46,208 bases of DNA from a virus (taxonomy: Duplodnaviria > Caudoviricetes). Under the pieces are notes generated by a model. The model was not told where the DNA came from and did not search any database. It saw only the letters and a list, made by a program, of their open reading frames with translations. This document shows, in pieces, positions 14,904 through 24,307 of this stretch; position 1 is the first letter of the stretch, and each line of letters begins with the position of its first letter. The stretch spans positions 1 through 46,208 of IMG/VR virus record IMGVR_UViG_3300031949_000069. One strand, 5' to 3'. The position numbers and the translations under genes are program-made.

Positions 14904-15218
14904 GTGCGCGTGTCCCAGCGCACCCTGAAAGCCCTGGACATGCGAGGTTACTTGCACCGCGATCGGGAGAGCGGACTGAAGGGCATGGATCCTCGCCAGT
15001 GCTGTGCATATGCGGACATGGAGATCGGTACCGCGCATTACTACGAGCTTGGCCCCGACTGCTCGGGCCCGGCGGCTGTCGTCTGCCGGTGTCCCGATTG
15101 CCAGAGCCTCGCCGCTGAGCTCGACCGCACCCTGACGCCGGCGATGGAGCGAATGCAGGTCCACGCGGAGGCCGATGCCGCGATCGATGCGGTGCGCGGA
15201 CGCCGGAGGACCAGATGA
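14904..15218 (+). CDS. Cys-rich hypothetical protein
   Basis: ORF coupled to the next gene by an ATGA overlap. Confidence 0.55.
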   Translation: MRVSQRTLKALDMRGYLHRDRESGLKGMDPRQCCAYADMEIGTAHYYELGPDCSGPAAVVCRCPDCQSLAAELDRTLTPAMERMQVHAEADAAIDAVRGRRRTR

Positions 15219-15418
15219 GCGCCGCCGACTGTCTGCGTGTGTACTGCGAAGAGGTGCGCTACCCGGTCGACCTGATCCGGGATGGGCGCAGCTACTCGCG
15301 CCGGCGCCTGTCGGATCCACCTGCACTCCGGAGGGCGCTCCGGGGGTTGCGCCGCCGGCGCGCGAGAGGGGAGGTGTGCGTGCAGATCCTGCGCGTGCAC
15401 CGTGTAGTAGTGGGGTGA
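15215..15418 (+). CDS. Small basic hypothetical protein
   Basis: GGAGG RBS and ATGA overlap. Confidence 0.55.
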   Translation: MSAADCLRVYCEEVRYPVDLIRDGRSYSRRRLSDPPALRRALRGLRRRRARGEVCVQILRVHRVVVG

Positions 15419-15429
15419 TGGGGTAGGTC

Positions 15430-15530
15430 GCGGGTCCTTCCAGCCGGAGAACGTGGGAGGGTATTGTGATGACACATTTTGGCCAGATGAGGCCCGTGAA
15501 ACTGATGCAACTCGTGCAACGTGCAACTGT
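15430..15530 (+). other. Candidate cos packaging region
   Basis: CGGGTCCTTCC contains lambda cosQ GGGTCCT (15432-15438); TGCAAC x3 at 15506, 15515 and 15522; just upstream of terS. Confidence 0.5.
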
Positions 15531-15649
15531 GCGGGCTGGCGGGACGCGATCGCCGCGCGGCGAGGGATCCGTCGAGCGTTGCGGGATCCGGCGCGTCCTG
15601 GGACGTTTTACGCGTTAGCCTTCCCGCGCAAGAGGCGTGCCAAAAAACC

Positions 15650-16186
15650 ATGAAAAAATCGGACCTGATCAGCCCGGCCGAATACGCCAGGCAGCGCGGC
15701 TTGTCCAAGTCGACCGTCTCGCGGCAGATCCGGGACGGTAAGATCCCGATGCGCGACGGCATGGTCGATCCGCGCGAGGCCGACAAGGCGCGGCGGCTCA
15801 ATCTCGATCATAGGAAACGCCACCGCCGGCCGGAGCCGCAACCCAAGGAGCGGGCATCCGCCCAGCCGGCGCCGGCGCCTCGAGGCGACAAGGAGCCGGC
15901 GCCCATTTCGCTTGTCGAGGCCCAGATCAAGCACGAGATTGCGAAGGCCTCCAAGACTGGACTCGAGGCTGCCAAGCTACGCGGGATCCTGGTCGACGCT
16001 GAAGAGATGGCGCAGGCCTGGTCGAGGCAGATCGTTTCAGCGCGCGAGCACATCCTTCAGCTGCCGAGCAAGCTCGCGCCCAAGGTGGCCGTGGAATCGG
16101 ATGTGCTGGCCTGTCAGTTTCTCATCGAGCGGGAAGTCCGCTCACTCCTAACCGAACTGAGTGAGTATCAGCCCAATGCGGCATGA
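15650..16186 (+). CDS. terS: Terminase small subunit (Nu1-like)
   Basis: N-terminal HTH SPAEYARQRGLSKSTVSRQ; C-terminal KLRGILVDAEE...LQLPSKLAP; overlaps the terL start. Confidence 0.88.
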   Translation: MKKSDLISPAEYARQRGLSKSTVSRQIRDGKIPMRDGMVDPREADKARRLNLDHRKRHRRPEPQPKERASAQPAPAPRGDKEPAPISLVEAQIKHEIAKASKTGLEAAKLRGILVDAEEMAQAWSRQIVSAREHILQLPSKLAPKVAVESDVLACQFLIEREVRSLLTELSEYQPNAA

Positions 16187-18210
16187 CCGTCCTGGACATA
16201 ATTGCATGCGTCTGCAAACTGTGGGCGCCGGACGAGGATCCGCGCGTTGGGGCCAAAGTTCGCGAGGCCTCGGCCCTCTGGGCGCCGCCGCGGGAATTGA
16301 CCGTATCCGAGTGGGCGGATCACTATCGCTATCTCAGCTCGGAGAGCTCGGCCGAGCCGGGGAAATGGGTGACGCTGCCGTTTCAGCGCGCGGTCCTGGA
16401 CGCGGTATCGGATCCACGGATCTATCGTGTTGTCGTGCGCGCCGCCACGCAGATGCTCAAGACGGTCACGATCGAAAATGGCATCGGCTACTTCGCGCAC
16501 CAGGATCCAGGTCCGATCTTGGTTTTGCAGCCCCGAGACGCGGACGCGAAGGCGTTCAGCAAGGAACGGATCGCGCCGATGATTCGCGACACGCCGGCGC
16601 TCAAGGCAATCTTCGCGGACCTCAAGGCGCGCGTCGCGAACAACACCATCGAGGAAAAACTTTTCCCGGGCGGCATGCTTGCGATCACGTCGGCCGGATC
16701 CCCGGGCAACCTGGCCAGGCGCGCGATAAGGTTCTTATTTTGCGACGAGGTCGACAAATACCCGCCGACGGCCGGCGCGGAGGGAAATCCGATCAGCCTG
16801 GCGCGCAAACGGCTGGCCACGTTCCGCCATCGCAAAAAAGAGATCTCGACCTGCTCTCCGACGGTCGAGGGATCGGAAATCGATCGGGCCTATCAAGCCT
16901 CGGACAGGCGCGAATATTACGTGCCCTGCGCGGCCTGCGGTCACATGCAGAGCATGATGCTGGCATTCAGAACGCAGGTGCGCTGGGACGATACGCTGGA
17001 GACGCGCGAGGAGCAGGCGCGCTCGGCGAGGTACCACTGTGAGGTCTGTGATGCGCCTTGGGATGACGCCGCGCGATGGAAAGCTGTAGAGAAGGGAGAG
17101 TGGCGGGCGCACCGGCCGGCCAATGGGATTGCGGGCTTCTGGATCTCGGAGTTGTACTCACCGTGGAAGCAGCTGTGGGAGATCGTGCTCGACTACCTCG
17201 CGAAAAAGGACAGCGTCGAGGACCTGAAGACGTTCATCAATACGTCGCTCGCGGAGAACTGGGTCGAAAAAGGCGAAGCTCCGGAGTGGGAGATACTTCT
17301 CGTCCGGCGCGAAGCCTACGATCCCGGGACAGTGCCGGAGGGCGGATTGTTTCTGACGTGCGGCGTGGACGTCCAGCGCGATCGCCTCGAGGCGGAAGTC
17401 GTCGCCTGGGGCCGCGGGAAAACGTCATGGTCGGTGGACTACCGGATATTCCCGGGGCGCACGTCCGAGCCCGAGGTATGGAGGCAGCTGGAGGAGTTGC
17501 GCGGCCAGATCTTCCCGACAGTAGGCGGCATCGACGTTCCAATCTCCCGGATGTATGTGGATTCCGGGGACGGGACAACCACCAACGATGTGTATGCCTG
17601 GGTAAGAACACAGCCGGCCGGCCAGGTCGTGGCGATCAAAGGCAAGGATGCGGGGGTATTGCCGGTGAGCCAGCCGAGCCCCGTCGACGTCACGATCGGC
17701 GGACAAAAGATCAAAAAGGGGCTCAAGATCCGAACCATCGTCGTGAGCTTCTTCAAATCCGAACTATACGCCGCTTTGAAGCTGCGTCCGCCAACAGAGG
17801 AAGAAGTCGCGCAGGGCTGGACCTATCCTCCGGGATATTGTCACTTTCCGTTCGGAGGCAATTACGGAGACGAGCACTTCAAACAGTTGTGCGCCGAGCA
17901 GCTCGTCACACACATCAACCGGCGCACCAAGCGCACAAAGACGGAATGGCAGCAGACGAGAGCCAGGAACGAAGTCCTGGATTGTCGGGTCTATGCGCGC
18001 GCGGCAGCGTGGGATCTCGGTCTCGATCGCATGCAGGAAAAACACTGGCAAAACCTCGAGCGGCAATTGCGCGTGTCGAGACCGGAGGCCAAGTCGCAAA
18101 AGCAAGCTCCGGCGCCGGCGGCGCCCAAACCGGCCGCTGAGCCGGGACTGAATCTGGAGCGCGGTAGCTCCTGGCTCGGAGGGCGGACGAAAGGATGGTT
18201 GCAGAGATGA
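16183..18210 (+). CDS. terL: Terminase large subunit, lambda GpA family
   Basis: TVSEWAD, ATQMLKT (Walker A variant), LFCDEVDKY, STCSPT, CGVDVQ, RNEVLDCRVYA. Confidence 0.97.
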   Translation: MTVLDIIACVCKLWAPDEDPRVGAKVREASALWAPPRELTVSEWADHYRYLSSESSAEPGKWVTLPFQRAVLDAVSDPRIYRVVVRAATQMLKTVTIENGIGYFAHQDPGPILVLQPRDADAKAFSKERIAPMIRDTPALKAIFADLKARVANNTIEEKLFPGGMLAITSAGSPGNLARRAIRFLFCDEVDKYPPTAGAEGNPISLARKRLATFRHRKKEISTCSPTVEGSEIDRAYQASDRREYYVPCAACGHMQSMMLAFRTQVRWDDTLETREEQARSARYHCEVCDAPWDDAARWKAVEKGEWRAHRPANGIAGFWISELYSPWKQLWEIVLDYLAKKDSVEDLKTFINTSLAENWVEKGEAPEWEILLVRREAYDPGTVPEGGLFLTCGVDVQRDRLEAEVVAWGRGKTSWSVDYRIFPGRTSEPEVWRQLEELRGQIFPTVGGIDVPISRMYVDSGDGTTTNDVYAWVRTQPAGQVVAIKGKDAGVLPVSQPSPVDVTIGGQKIKKGLKIRTIVVSFFKSELYAALKLRPPTEEEVAQGWTYPPGYCHFPFGGNYGDEHFKQLCAEQLVTHINRRTKRTKTEWQQTRARNEVLDCRVYARAAAWDLGLDRMQEKHWQNLERQLRVSRPEAKSQKQAPAPAAPKPAAEPGLNLERGSSWLGGRTKGWLQR

Positions 18211-18455
18211 GTCAGAAAAATGTGAAACCACAGGCCCAGGGGGAGATCGACATGGGTATGACCGGGGCGGAACCCGATTCCATGGCGCCCTGGTCGATTG
18301 AACGCAGCGCGCCGGCGAAGTGGGAATTTCTCACCCAAGTCAATGCGGCGGAGGCTGACATCAGCCGCTACGGCGACGAAGGGTGGGAGCTGGTTTCGGT
18401 ACGCGACCACGGATTTAACGAATCGATCTATTACTTCAAGCGCCCAAAGAACTAA
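18207..18455 (+). CDS. DUF4177-like small protein
   Basis: KWEF...YGDEGWELVSV...YYFKRP. Confidence 0.65.
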   Translation: MSQKNVKPQAQGEIDMGMTGAEPDSMAPWSIERSAPAKWEFLTQVNAAEADISRYGDEGWELVSVRDHGFNESIYYFKRPKN

Positions 18456-18458
18456 CCC

Positions 18459-18689
18459 ATGGCCACATCCTGGACGCAGTCCGATATTGACGCCCTCGAG
18501 GCGGCAATAAAGGTTGGAAGACTGTCTGTACGCTTCGGCGATCGTTCTGTGCAGTATCAGTCCATCACCGAGATGCTCAAGCTCAGGCAGGAGATGATTG
18601 ACGCCGTCGCGTCCTCCGGCGGAACCAGCACCCAGAACCGCACGAGTTACGCCTCTTTTTCGAAGGGCGGATCCGGAGGCGGGGAATGA
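18459..18689 (+). CDS. gpW-like head-tail joining protein
   Basis: WTQSDIDALEAAIKVG..SVRFGDRSVQYQS, between terL and portal. Confidence 0.85.
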   Translation: MATSWTQSDIDALEAAIKVGRLSVRFGDRSVQYQSITEMLKLRQEMIDAVASSGGTSTQNRTSYASFSKGGSGGGE

Positions 18690-20212
18690 TCGTCGCCATA
18701 GTGCGTGAGACCTGGCTCGATCGGGCCGTATCCTGGCTAAGCCCGCATTGGGGACTGCAGCGCGCCCGGGCGAGGGCAGCCGCAGCGGTGCTGCTTTCCT
18801 ATGAGGGCGCGCGGATCGATCGCAGGGCCTCGGGCTGGATCACTTCCGACAGCTCGGCCAACGCCGAGATCGGACCGGCCCTGGCCCGGCTCCGCCAGCG
18901 GGCCCGGGATCTCGTGCGCAACAACGCCTACGGCACCAGGGCGGTCAACGAACTCGCCGGCCAGGCCACCGGAACCGGGATCACGGCGCAAGCCAAGCCG
19001 ACAAATGAGAACGTGCGCCTGGCGAAACAGATCAACGAGGCCTGGAAGATCTGGGTCGACGAGTGCGATTCGGACGGTCAGCTCGACTTCTACGGATTGC
19101 AGCGCCTCGTGGTGCGGACTGTGATCGAGAGCGGGGAGTGCCTTATTCGCCAGCGGCCGCGCCGCACGGATGATGGGCTGCATGTGCCGCTGCAGATCCA
19201 GGTCCTGGAGCCGGATTATCTTGATACCGACAAAACCCAGAAGATCGACACAGGCATCATCATTCAGGGTGTGGAGTTCGATCTGCTGGGCCGGCGCGCC
19301 GCTTATTGGCTTTTTGGCGAGCATCCCGGCGACGTCGCCGCCGGCTATAAGCCGAGCAGCATGGTTTCAAGGCGCATCCCGGCGCAATACATCCTGCACG
19401 TGTATCAGAAGGACCGGCAACAGGTGCGCGGCGTTCCGTGGTTTGCGCCCGTGGTCATCCACATGCGCGACCTCGACGAGTACCGCGAGGCAGAACTGGT
19501 GCGCAAAAAGATCGAGGCCTGCTTCGCGGCCTTTGTGACTCAGCCCGAGGCCGAGCAGGGGCCGGCGCTCGGAGAAGCGAGCACGGCAAGCGATCAGACT
19601 GTGGAGACGCTTGAGCCCGGGATGATTCGCTACTTGAGGCCCGGCGAGGAGGTCGCGTTTGCCAGCCCCTCAAGTCACGGCGAGGGATACCGCGATTTCA
19701 TGCGCGACATGCAGACCGAGATCGCGTCCGGACTTGGTCTTACGTATGAGCAGATGACCGGCGATCTCTCGAACGTCAACTACTCGAGTTACCGCGCCGG
19801 CCTGCTATCGTTCCGCACCGGGATTGAATGTTTCCGCTGGCTCAATTTCATCCCGATGTTCTGCCGGCCGGTTCGAAAGTGGTTTGTCAACCAGGCCTTC
19901 GCCGCCGGACGCATCCCCGAAGCCGACTACGGCACGAAGTGGTGCCCGCCCGGATTCGGATCGGTCGACCCGGAGAAAGACACCAAGGCCGCCCTGATGG
20001 ATGTGCGGTCCGGCCGGCAAACCTGGGATCAGATGGTATCCGAGATGGGCTATGACCCCGAGGAGCAGCTCGAGGAGATCAGGCGGACCAATGAGGCCTG
20101 GGATCGCCGCGGAATTATCCTCGATTGCGACCCGCGCCGGCGCACGGCGGTGGGCGGGGCGATAACATCAGAATCAAGCCAATCCCGACAACCGGAGGAA
20201 CCACAGCAATGA
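18686..20212 (+). CDS. Portal protein, lambda family
   Basis: RARDLVRNN, GVEFD, QVRGVPWFAPV, TGDLSNVNYSSYRAG, VDPEKD. Confidence 0.96.
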   Translation: MIVAIVRETWLDRAVSWLSPHWGLQRARARAAAAVLLSYEGARIDRRASGWITSDSSANAEIGPALARLRQRARDLVRNNAYGTRAVNELAGQATGTGITAQAKPTNENVRLAKQINEAWKIWVDECDSDGQLDFYGLQRLVVRTVIESGECLIRQRPRRTDDGLHVPLQIQVLEPDYLDTDKTQKIDTGIIIQGVEFDLLGRRAAYWLFGEHPGDVAAGYKPSSMVSRRIPAQYILHVYQKDRQQVRGVPWFAPVVIHMRDLDEYREAELVRKKIEACFAAFVTQPEAEQGPALGEASTASDQTVETLEPGMIRYLRPGEEVAFASPSSHGEGYRDFMRDMQTEIASGLGLTYEQMTGDLSNVNYSSYRAGLLSFRTGIECFRWLNFIPMFCRPVRKWFVNQAFAAGRIPEADYGTKWCPPGFGSVDPEKDTKAALMDVRSGRQTWDQMVSEMGYDPEEQLEEIRRTNEAWDRRGIILDCDPRRRTAVGGAITSESSQSRQPEEPQQ

Positions 20213-22173
20213 AAGTCCCGAAATATATGCTGCAGGCCGAGCTCGCGCCGGCCAAGGAAGAGCAGGGCCGGATTGCCGATCTCAAGTGGTATACGGGTGC
20301 GACGATAGCCCGGATGAGCTGGGACGGGCGGTATTACCTGACGCTCTCAATGAAGCCCGAGCACGTCAGGATGGGACGACTCCAGAGCGGCAAGGCTCCC
20401 CTGCTCAACTCTCATAGCGATTACAGCCTGGCGGACATCATCGGCGTGATCGAGTCCGCGGACTTGAAGGGCAACGCGCGTGTGCGCTTTTCCAGCCGCG
20501 CAGAGGTTGACGGGATCTGGGCTGACGTGCAGGACGGCATCATCCGCAACGCAAGTGTCGGCGCCAGAATCTACAAAATGAAGGACGTCACCGAGAAGGA
20601 CGAGGAGGGCAACGAGAAGACCAAGACATACCTGGCGATCGACTGGGAGCCTCTGGAAGTAAGCCTGGTCCCGATCGGCGCCGATCCCAATGCCGGACTC
20701 AAGCTCGGCGAAGAAGCAAGTTTCACGGAGGCGGAGGTTGTCTCCGCCGGCGAACCAACCGGGGCTATTTCACCCCATATCCTTCCCACAGGAGGAGCAA
20801 AAATGGCCGACAAGGCTGTTACCGATGCGGGCGAGAAGTCCCGCGAAACCATCACCGTCATCACCCAGACTCTGTCCAAGGAACAGATCGAGTCTGAACA
20901 AAAAACCGGGGCGCTCGGCGAAAGCGCCCGCGTCCGTGACATCATCGCGACCGTGGAGAAGCTCGGGCTGCCGGCCTCATTCGGCTACAAACACATTCAC
21001 GAGGGGACCAAGATCGAAAGATTCCGGGATCTCGCGATCGACGAGCAGGTTCGTCTCGCATCGATGCTTCCGGAGACCGGGCCGACGGGGGCCAGGGCTG
21101 TCATGCTGCGCGACGAGGTCGACACCCGGCGGCATCTCATGGGCGACGCCATCGCCGGCATGATGGATCGCCGCGCGGCCAAGAACGATCCGAACAATCC
21201 CTTCATCGGCCTCTCCATCAAGCAGATCGCGTCGGAATCGATGCGGCTGCAGCGCGGTCTGCGCGGTACGCCGCCGATCGCGCAGGTGGTTGAATTCGCG
21301 ATGCAGACCACATCCGATTTCTCGAGCGTTCTCGAAGCTGTGGCGAGAAAGCAGCTGCTCGCCATGTACCAGCTCGCCAATCCGACCTACCGGCTGTGGA
21401 CCAAGCGCAGCACAACTCCGGACTTCAAGGCCATGAGCCGCACCCGGCTCGGCGAGGCCCCAACCTTCCTGAAGGTGCCCGAGGGCGGGCAGATCACGAT
21501 CGGCCTGATGACCGACGCGAAGGAAAGCTACTCCCTGGCGACCTACGGGCGCGGAGTGAGCTTCACGCGCCAGATGCTCATCAACGATGATCTCGGCGCC
21601 TTCAATGACCTGATCGGCGCCTTCGGCGCGCAGGCGGCCCGCCTCGAAAACAAGACGATCTATGCCATTCTGACGGCCAACGCCGCGATGGCCGACAACG
21701 TGACCCTGTTCCACGCCGATCACGACAACAGTGGCACGGGAGTCATCGGCAACACCGCGCTGGATGCGATGTGGACCGCCATGAGGACCCAGAAGGGGAT
21801 CGACGGCGCGTCCATCCTGAACATCACCCCGCGCTTTCTGATCGCTCCTGCCGCGAAGGAATCCACTGCGCGCGCCGCCCTGATGGCCATCGGCCCGAAC
21901 GTAAAGGCGGCGGATCAGAATTGGTTCGCGGGGCGCCTGGAACCCGTGGCCGACGGCGAGCTCGACGCCACAAGCACGGCTGTCTGGTATGCAGCCGCCG
22001 ACCCGACCATGTTCCCGGGTATCGAATACTGCCACCTCGAGGGGGCCGAGGGTCCGCAGTTCGTCCGCAAGGACAACGAGAGCGGGATACTGGGCATCCA
22101 GTTCTACGCCTTCCTGGATTTCGCCGCCAAGGCGGTCGACTGGAGGCCGCTGTACTACTCGACCGGTGCGTAG
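20209..22173 (+). CDS. Prohead protease-major capsid protein fusion
   Basis: N-terminal PLLNSH...SVG...WEPLEVSLVPIGAD protease; C-terminal TTSDF...TYGRGVSFTRQMLINDDLGAF capsid domain; GGAGG RBS. Confidence 0.93.
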   Translation: MKVPKYMLQAELAPAKEEQGRIADLKWYTGATIARMSWDGRYYLTLSMKPEHVRMGRLQSGKAPLLNSHSDYSLADIIGVIESADLKGNARVRFSSRAEVDGIWADVQDGIIRNASVGARIYKMKDVTEKDEEGNEKTKTYLAIDWEPLEVSLVPIGADPNAGLKLGEEASFTEAEVVSAGEPTGAISPHILPTGGAKMADKAVTDAGEKSRETITVITQTLSKEQIESEQKTGALGESARVRDIIATVEKLGLPASFGYKHIHEGTKIERFRDLAIDEQVRLASMLPETGPTGARAVMLRDEVDTRRHLMGDAIAGMMDRRAAKNDPNNPFIGLSIKQIASESMRLQRGLRGTPPIAQVVEFAMQTTSDFSSVLEAVARKQLLAMYQLANPTYRLWTKRSTTPDFKAMSRTRLGEAPTFLKVPEGGQITIGLMTDAKESYSLATYGRGVSFTRQMLINDDLGAFNDLIGAFGAQAARLENKTIYAILTANAAMADNVTLFHADHDNSGTGVIGNTALDAMWTAMRTQKGIDGASILNITPRFLIAPAAKESTARAALMAIGPNVKAADQNWFAGRLEPVADGELDATSTAVWYAAADPTMFPGIEYCHLEGAEGPQFVRKDNESGILGIQFYAFLDFAAKAVDWRPLYYSTGA

Positions 22174-22205
22174 TCCGTAGCAGCCGGCGAACCAATACTC
22201 GAACC

Positions 22206-22237
22206 GAGGGCCCCGGGCAACCGGGGCCTTCTCATTT
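22206..22237 (+). terminator. Intrinsic terminator-like hairpin after the capsid gene
   Basis: GGGCCCCGG-GCAA-CCGGGGCCT followed by TCTCATTT. Confidence 0.6.
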
Positions 22238-22251
22238 AAGGAGATCAACAA

Positions 22252-22638
22252 ATGGCTGCAACCGGATCAGGATACCTCGTACCGCGGCCGCCCCTTGTGG
22301 CGCCCGATGCAAGCGTCACAGCCAAGGCGGCGACCGGCAATCTGGCGATTGCCGACTACGCGAAAAACCTCACCAACACCGGCGCCGCCGGGACAATCGT
22401 CCTGACGCTGCTTGCGGCCGCATCGGCGGCGGGGATGGCATTTCGCATCCAGTGCACGGCCGCTCAGATCGTTCGGCTGCTTCCACAAACCGGGGAGAAG
22501 ATCTATCTCGGCGGAAGCGGCGTGGCATCGAAGTATCTAAACATCGCTGCCGTGATCGGCAACTACGTCGACGTGTACTGCGACGGGGAGAAGTATCTGG
22601 TCACGAGCTATAGCGGCGTAGTGACCAAGGAAGCGTAG
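22252..22638 (+). CDS. Putative head decoration/head-fibre protein, paralog 1
   Basis: Follows the capsid gene; TNTGAAGTIVLTL...G..F motif; paralog of the next gene. Confidence 0.7.
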   Translation: MAATGSGYLVPRPPLVAPDASVTAKAATGNLAIADYAKNLTNTGAAGTIVLTLLAAASAAGMAFRIQCTAAQIVRLLPQTGEKIYLGGSGVASKYLNIAAVIGNYVDVYCDGEKYLVTSYSGVVTKEA

Positions 22639-22695
22639 CGCCGTCGAGGAGCTGCGCCCAAGCTCGCAACCCTGTAACGGGAAGGAGATCAACAA

Positions 22696-23079
22696 ATGGC
22701 TGCAACCGGATCAGGATATCTGGTACCCGAGCCGCCTCTCGTGGCGCCGGATGCCGCTGTCGCCGCCAAGGACGCAACCGCGGACCTGGCGATCGGCGAT
22801 TACGGGAAAAACATCACCAACACCGGAGCCGGGGATACGATCGTTCTCACCCTGCTCGCAGCTGCCCTTGCGGCCGGTATGGCGTTTCGAGTGCAGCTGA
22901 CGGCCGCTTTCGTCGTCACCCTGACGCCGGCGAGCGGGGAGAAGATCTATCTCGGCGGAAGCGGAGTCGTCGACGAATCGCTCAGCATCGCCGGCGTGAT
23001 CGGCAATTACGTCGACATCTACTGCGATGGCGAGAAGCACATGGTCATCGATTACAGCGGCGTTCTCACCAAGGCATAA
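22696..23079 (+). CDS. Putative head decoration/head-fibre protein, paralog 2
   Basis: Same RBS and start (AAGGAGATCAACAAATGGCTGCAACCGGATCAGGATA); colinear homology to paralog 1. Confidence 0.7.
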   Translation: MAATGSGYLVPEPPLVAPDAAVAAKDATADLAIGDYGKNITNTGAGDTIVLTLLAAALAAGMAFRVQLTAAFVVTLTPASGEKIYLGGSGVVDESLSIAGVIGNYVDIYCDGEKHMVIDYSGVLTKA

Positions 23080-23088
23080 ACCACGCGC

Positions 23089-23406
23089 ATGACCATGGAC
23101 TTCGCCGTTCTCAATGAGGCCTGCCTGGATGTATTCGGGCAGGCCTGCACCTTCACCCGCGCGGACACGAGGGAGGAGCTTGTCGTTACCGGGATACTGG
23201 AGGAGGGGGTGGAGCTTGAGGGCGCGGCCCCCGGAGACGGCAGTATTTATGCGCAGCTCTGGCTGCCGGCCTCAGATATCAATCCCGCGCCGGAACCTGG
23301 CGACGAGATCTCTACGGCGAGCACCATCTACAAGATCCTTCGCATCGAGCAGGACGCCGGCGGGGGGATGCGGATCCTGTTGCGCAAGGATCGGGACGTG
23401 GCCTGA
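23089..23406 (+). CDS. Head-tail joining protein (gpFII-like)
   Basis: Position, size and PEPGDEI...YKILRIEQDAGG..ILLRK motif. Confidence 0.7.
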   Translation: MTMDFAVLNEACLDVFGQACTFTRADTREELVVTGILEEGVELEGAAPGDGSIYAQLWLPASDINPAPEPGDEISTASTIYKILRIEQDAGGGMRILLRKDRDVA

Positions 23407-23840
23407 TGGCTGCGGTCCGGATCTGGCAGAAAAAGAAACTCGTACTCGATCACCTGACCTTTCAACAGCGCGACATGGTCAGGATCGGATCGGCCGGACT
23501 GCTCAGCGTATTCCGGCGTCTGTCGGCGCACCAGGGACCCTCTGATGCGCCGGCGAAGCCGCTGACGAAGAGATACGCGATGTGGAAAACCCGGAAGCAC
23601 AAGGGTAGATTCCGGGATCTCAAATTCACCGGCGACATGCTGCGCAACCTGACCCTTCGGACCGTGACCGACAAAACGGCCCGCGCCGGGCTCACCAGCC
23701 GGAAGGAGCGCATCAAGGGTTGGGCCAATGCAGAGCGTGAGCCCTGGCTGCTTTTTTCGCCGGCCAATCGGCGCGCGGTGATGGACGTGGCGAGGCAGGT
23801 ATTCCAGGAGGCCAAGGCGCGCATGGTGAAGCATGGTTGA
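23406..23840 (+). CDS. Neck / virion morphogenesis protein
   Basis: Basic protein with KPLTKRYA..K...RDLKFTGDML. Confidence 0.65.
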   Translation: MAAVRIWQKKKLVLDHLTFQQRDMVRIGSAGLLSVFRRLSAHQGPSDAPAKPLTKRYAMWKTRKHKGRFRDLKFTGDMLRNLTLRTVTDKTARAGLTSRKERIKGWANAEREPWLLFSPANRRAVMDVARQVFQEAKARMVKHG

Positions 23841-24306
23841 TCCTTCCGAGATCGTCGACAACCTGGTCGACCTGCTGCGGGAGATACCCGACCTGGTCGA
23901 GCTCGTCGGTGGCGACCAGGAGCGGATCTTCGCCTACCACGATCGCTACCCGACGCACACGAGCCTCGATCAGGCGATCTATCAGCTGCCGTCGCCGCGG
24001 ATCATGGTCGCCTGGCGCAGTACTGGGCCCGGGAGCTTCGCCGGCGGGGAGGCCTGGAAGCATGAGATTGTGCTGATCCTGCGCGCCGGTCAGGAGGAAG
24101 GCGCCGATTCGCCGCAAGGGTATTATCAGCTCTTCAGGCAGATCACCCGCGGCATACCGACGGGTCTCGCGGTACCGCTTATCTATGCGACCGTGCACGC
24201 GTCATGTCAGCCGATGGACACGCCCTCGATCCGCCGGCTGCCGGATGCCGCGGGAGTGGATTACTGCGAAGTCACAATGATCTTCACCGAAATAGGAGAC
24301 GAATGA
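23833..24306 (+). CDS. Putative tail terminator
   Basis: Acidic ~157-aa protein immediately before the tail tube gene. Confidence 0.6.
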   Translation: MVDPSEIVDNLVDLLREIPDLVELVGGDQERIFAYHDRYPTHTSLDQAIYQLPSPRIMVAWRSTGPGSFAGGEAWKHEIVLILRAGQEEGADSPQGYYQLFRQITRGIPTGLAVPLIYATVHASCQPMDTPSIRRLPDAAGVDYCEVTMIFTEIGDE

Positions 24307-24307
24307 C

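Noticed and set aside
15453-15653. 66-aa ORF upstream of terS
   Set aside because: It overlaps the candidate cos region and its hexamer repeats, and has no clear RBS.
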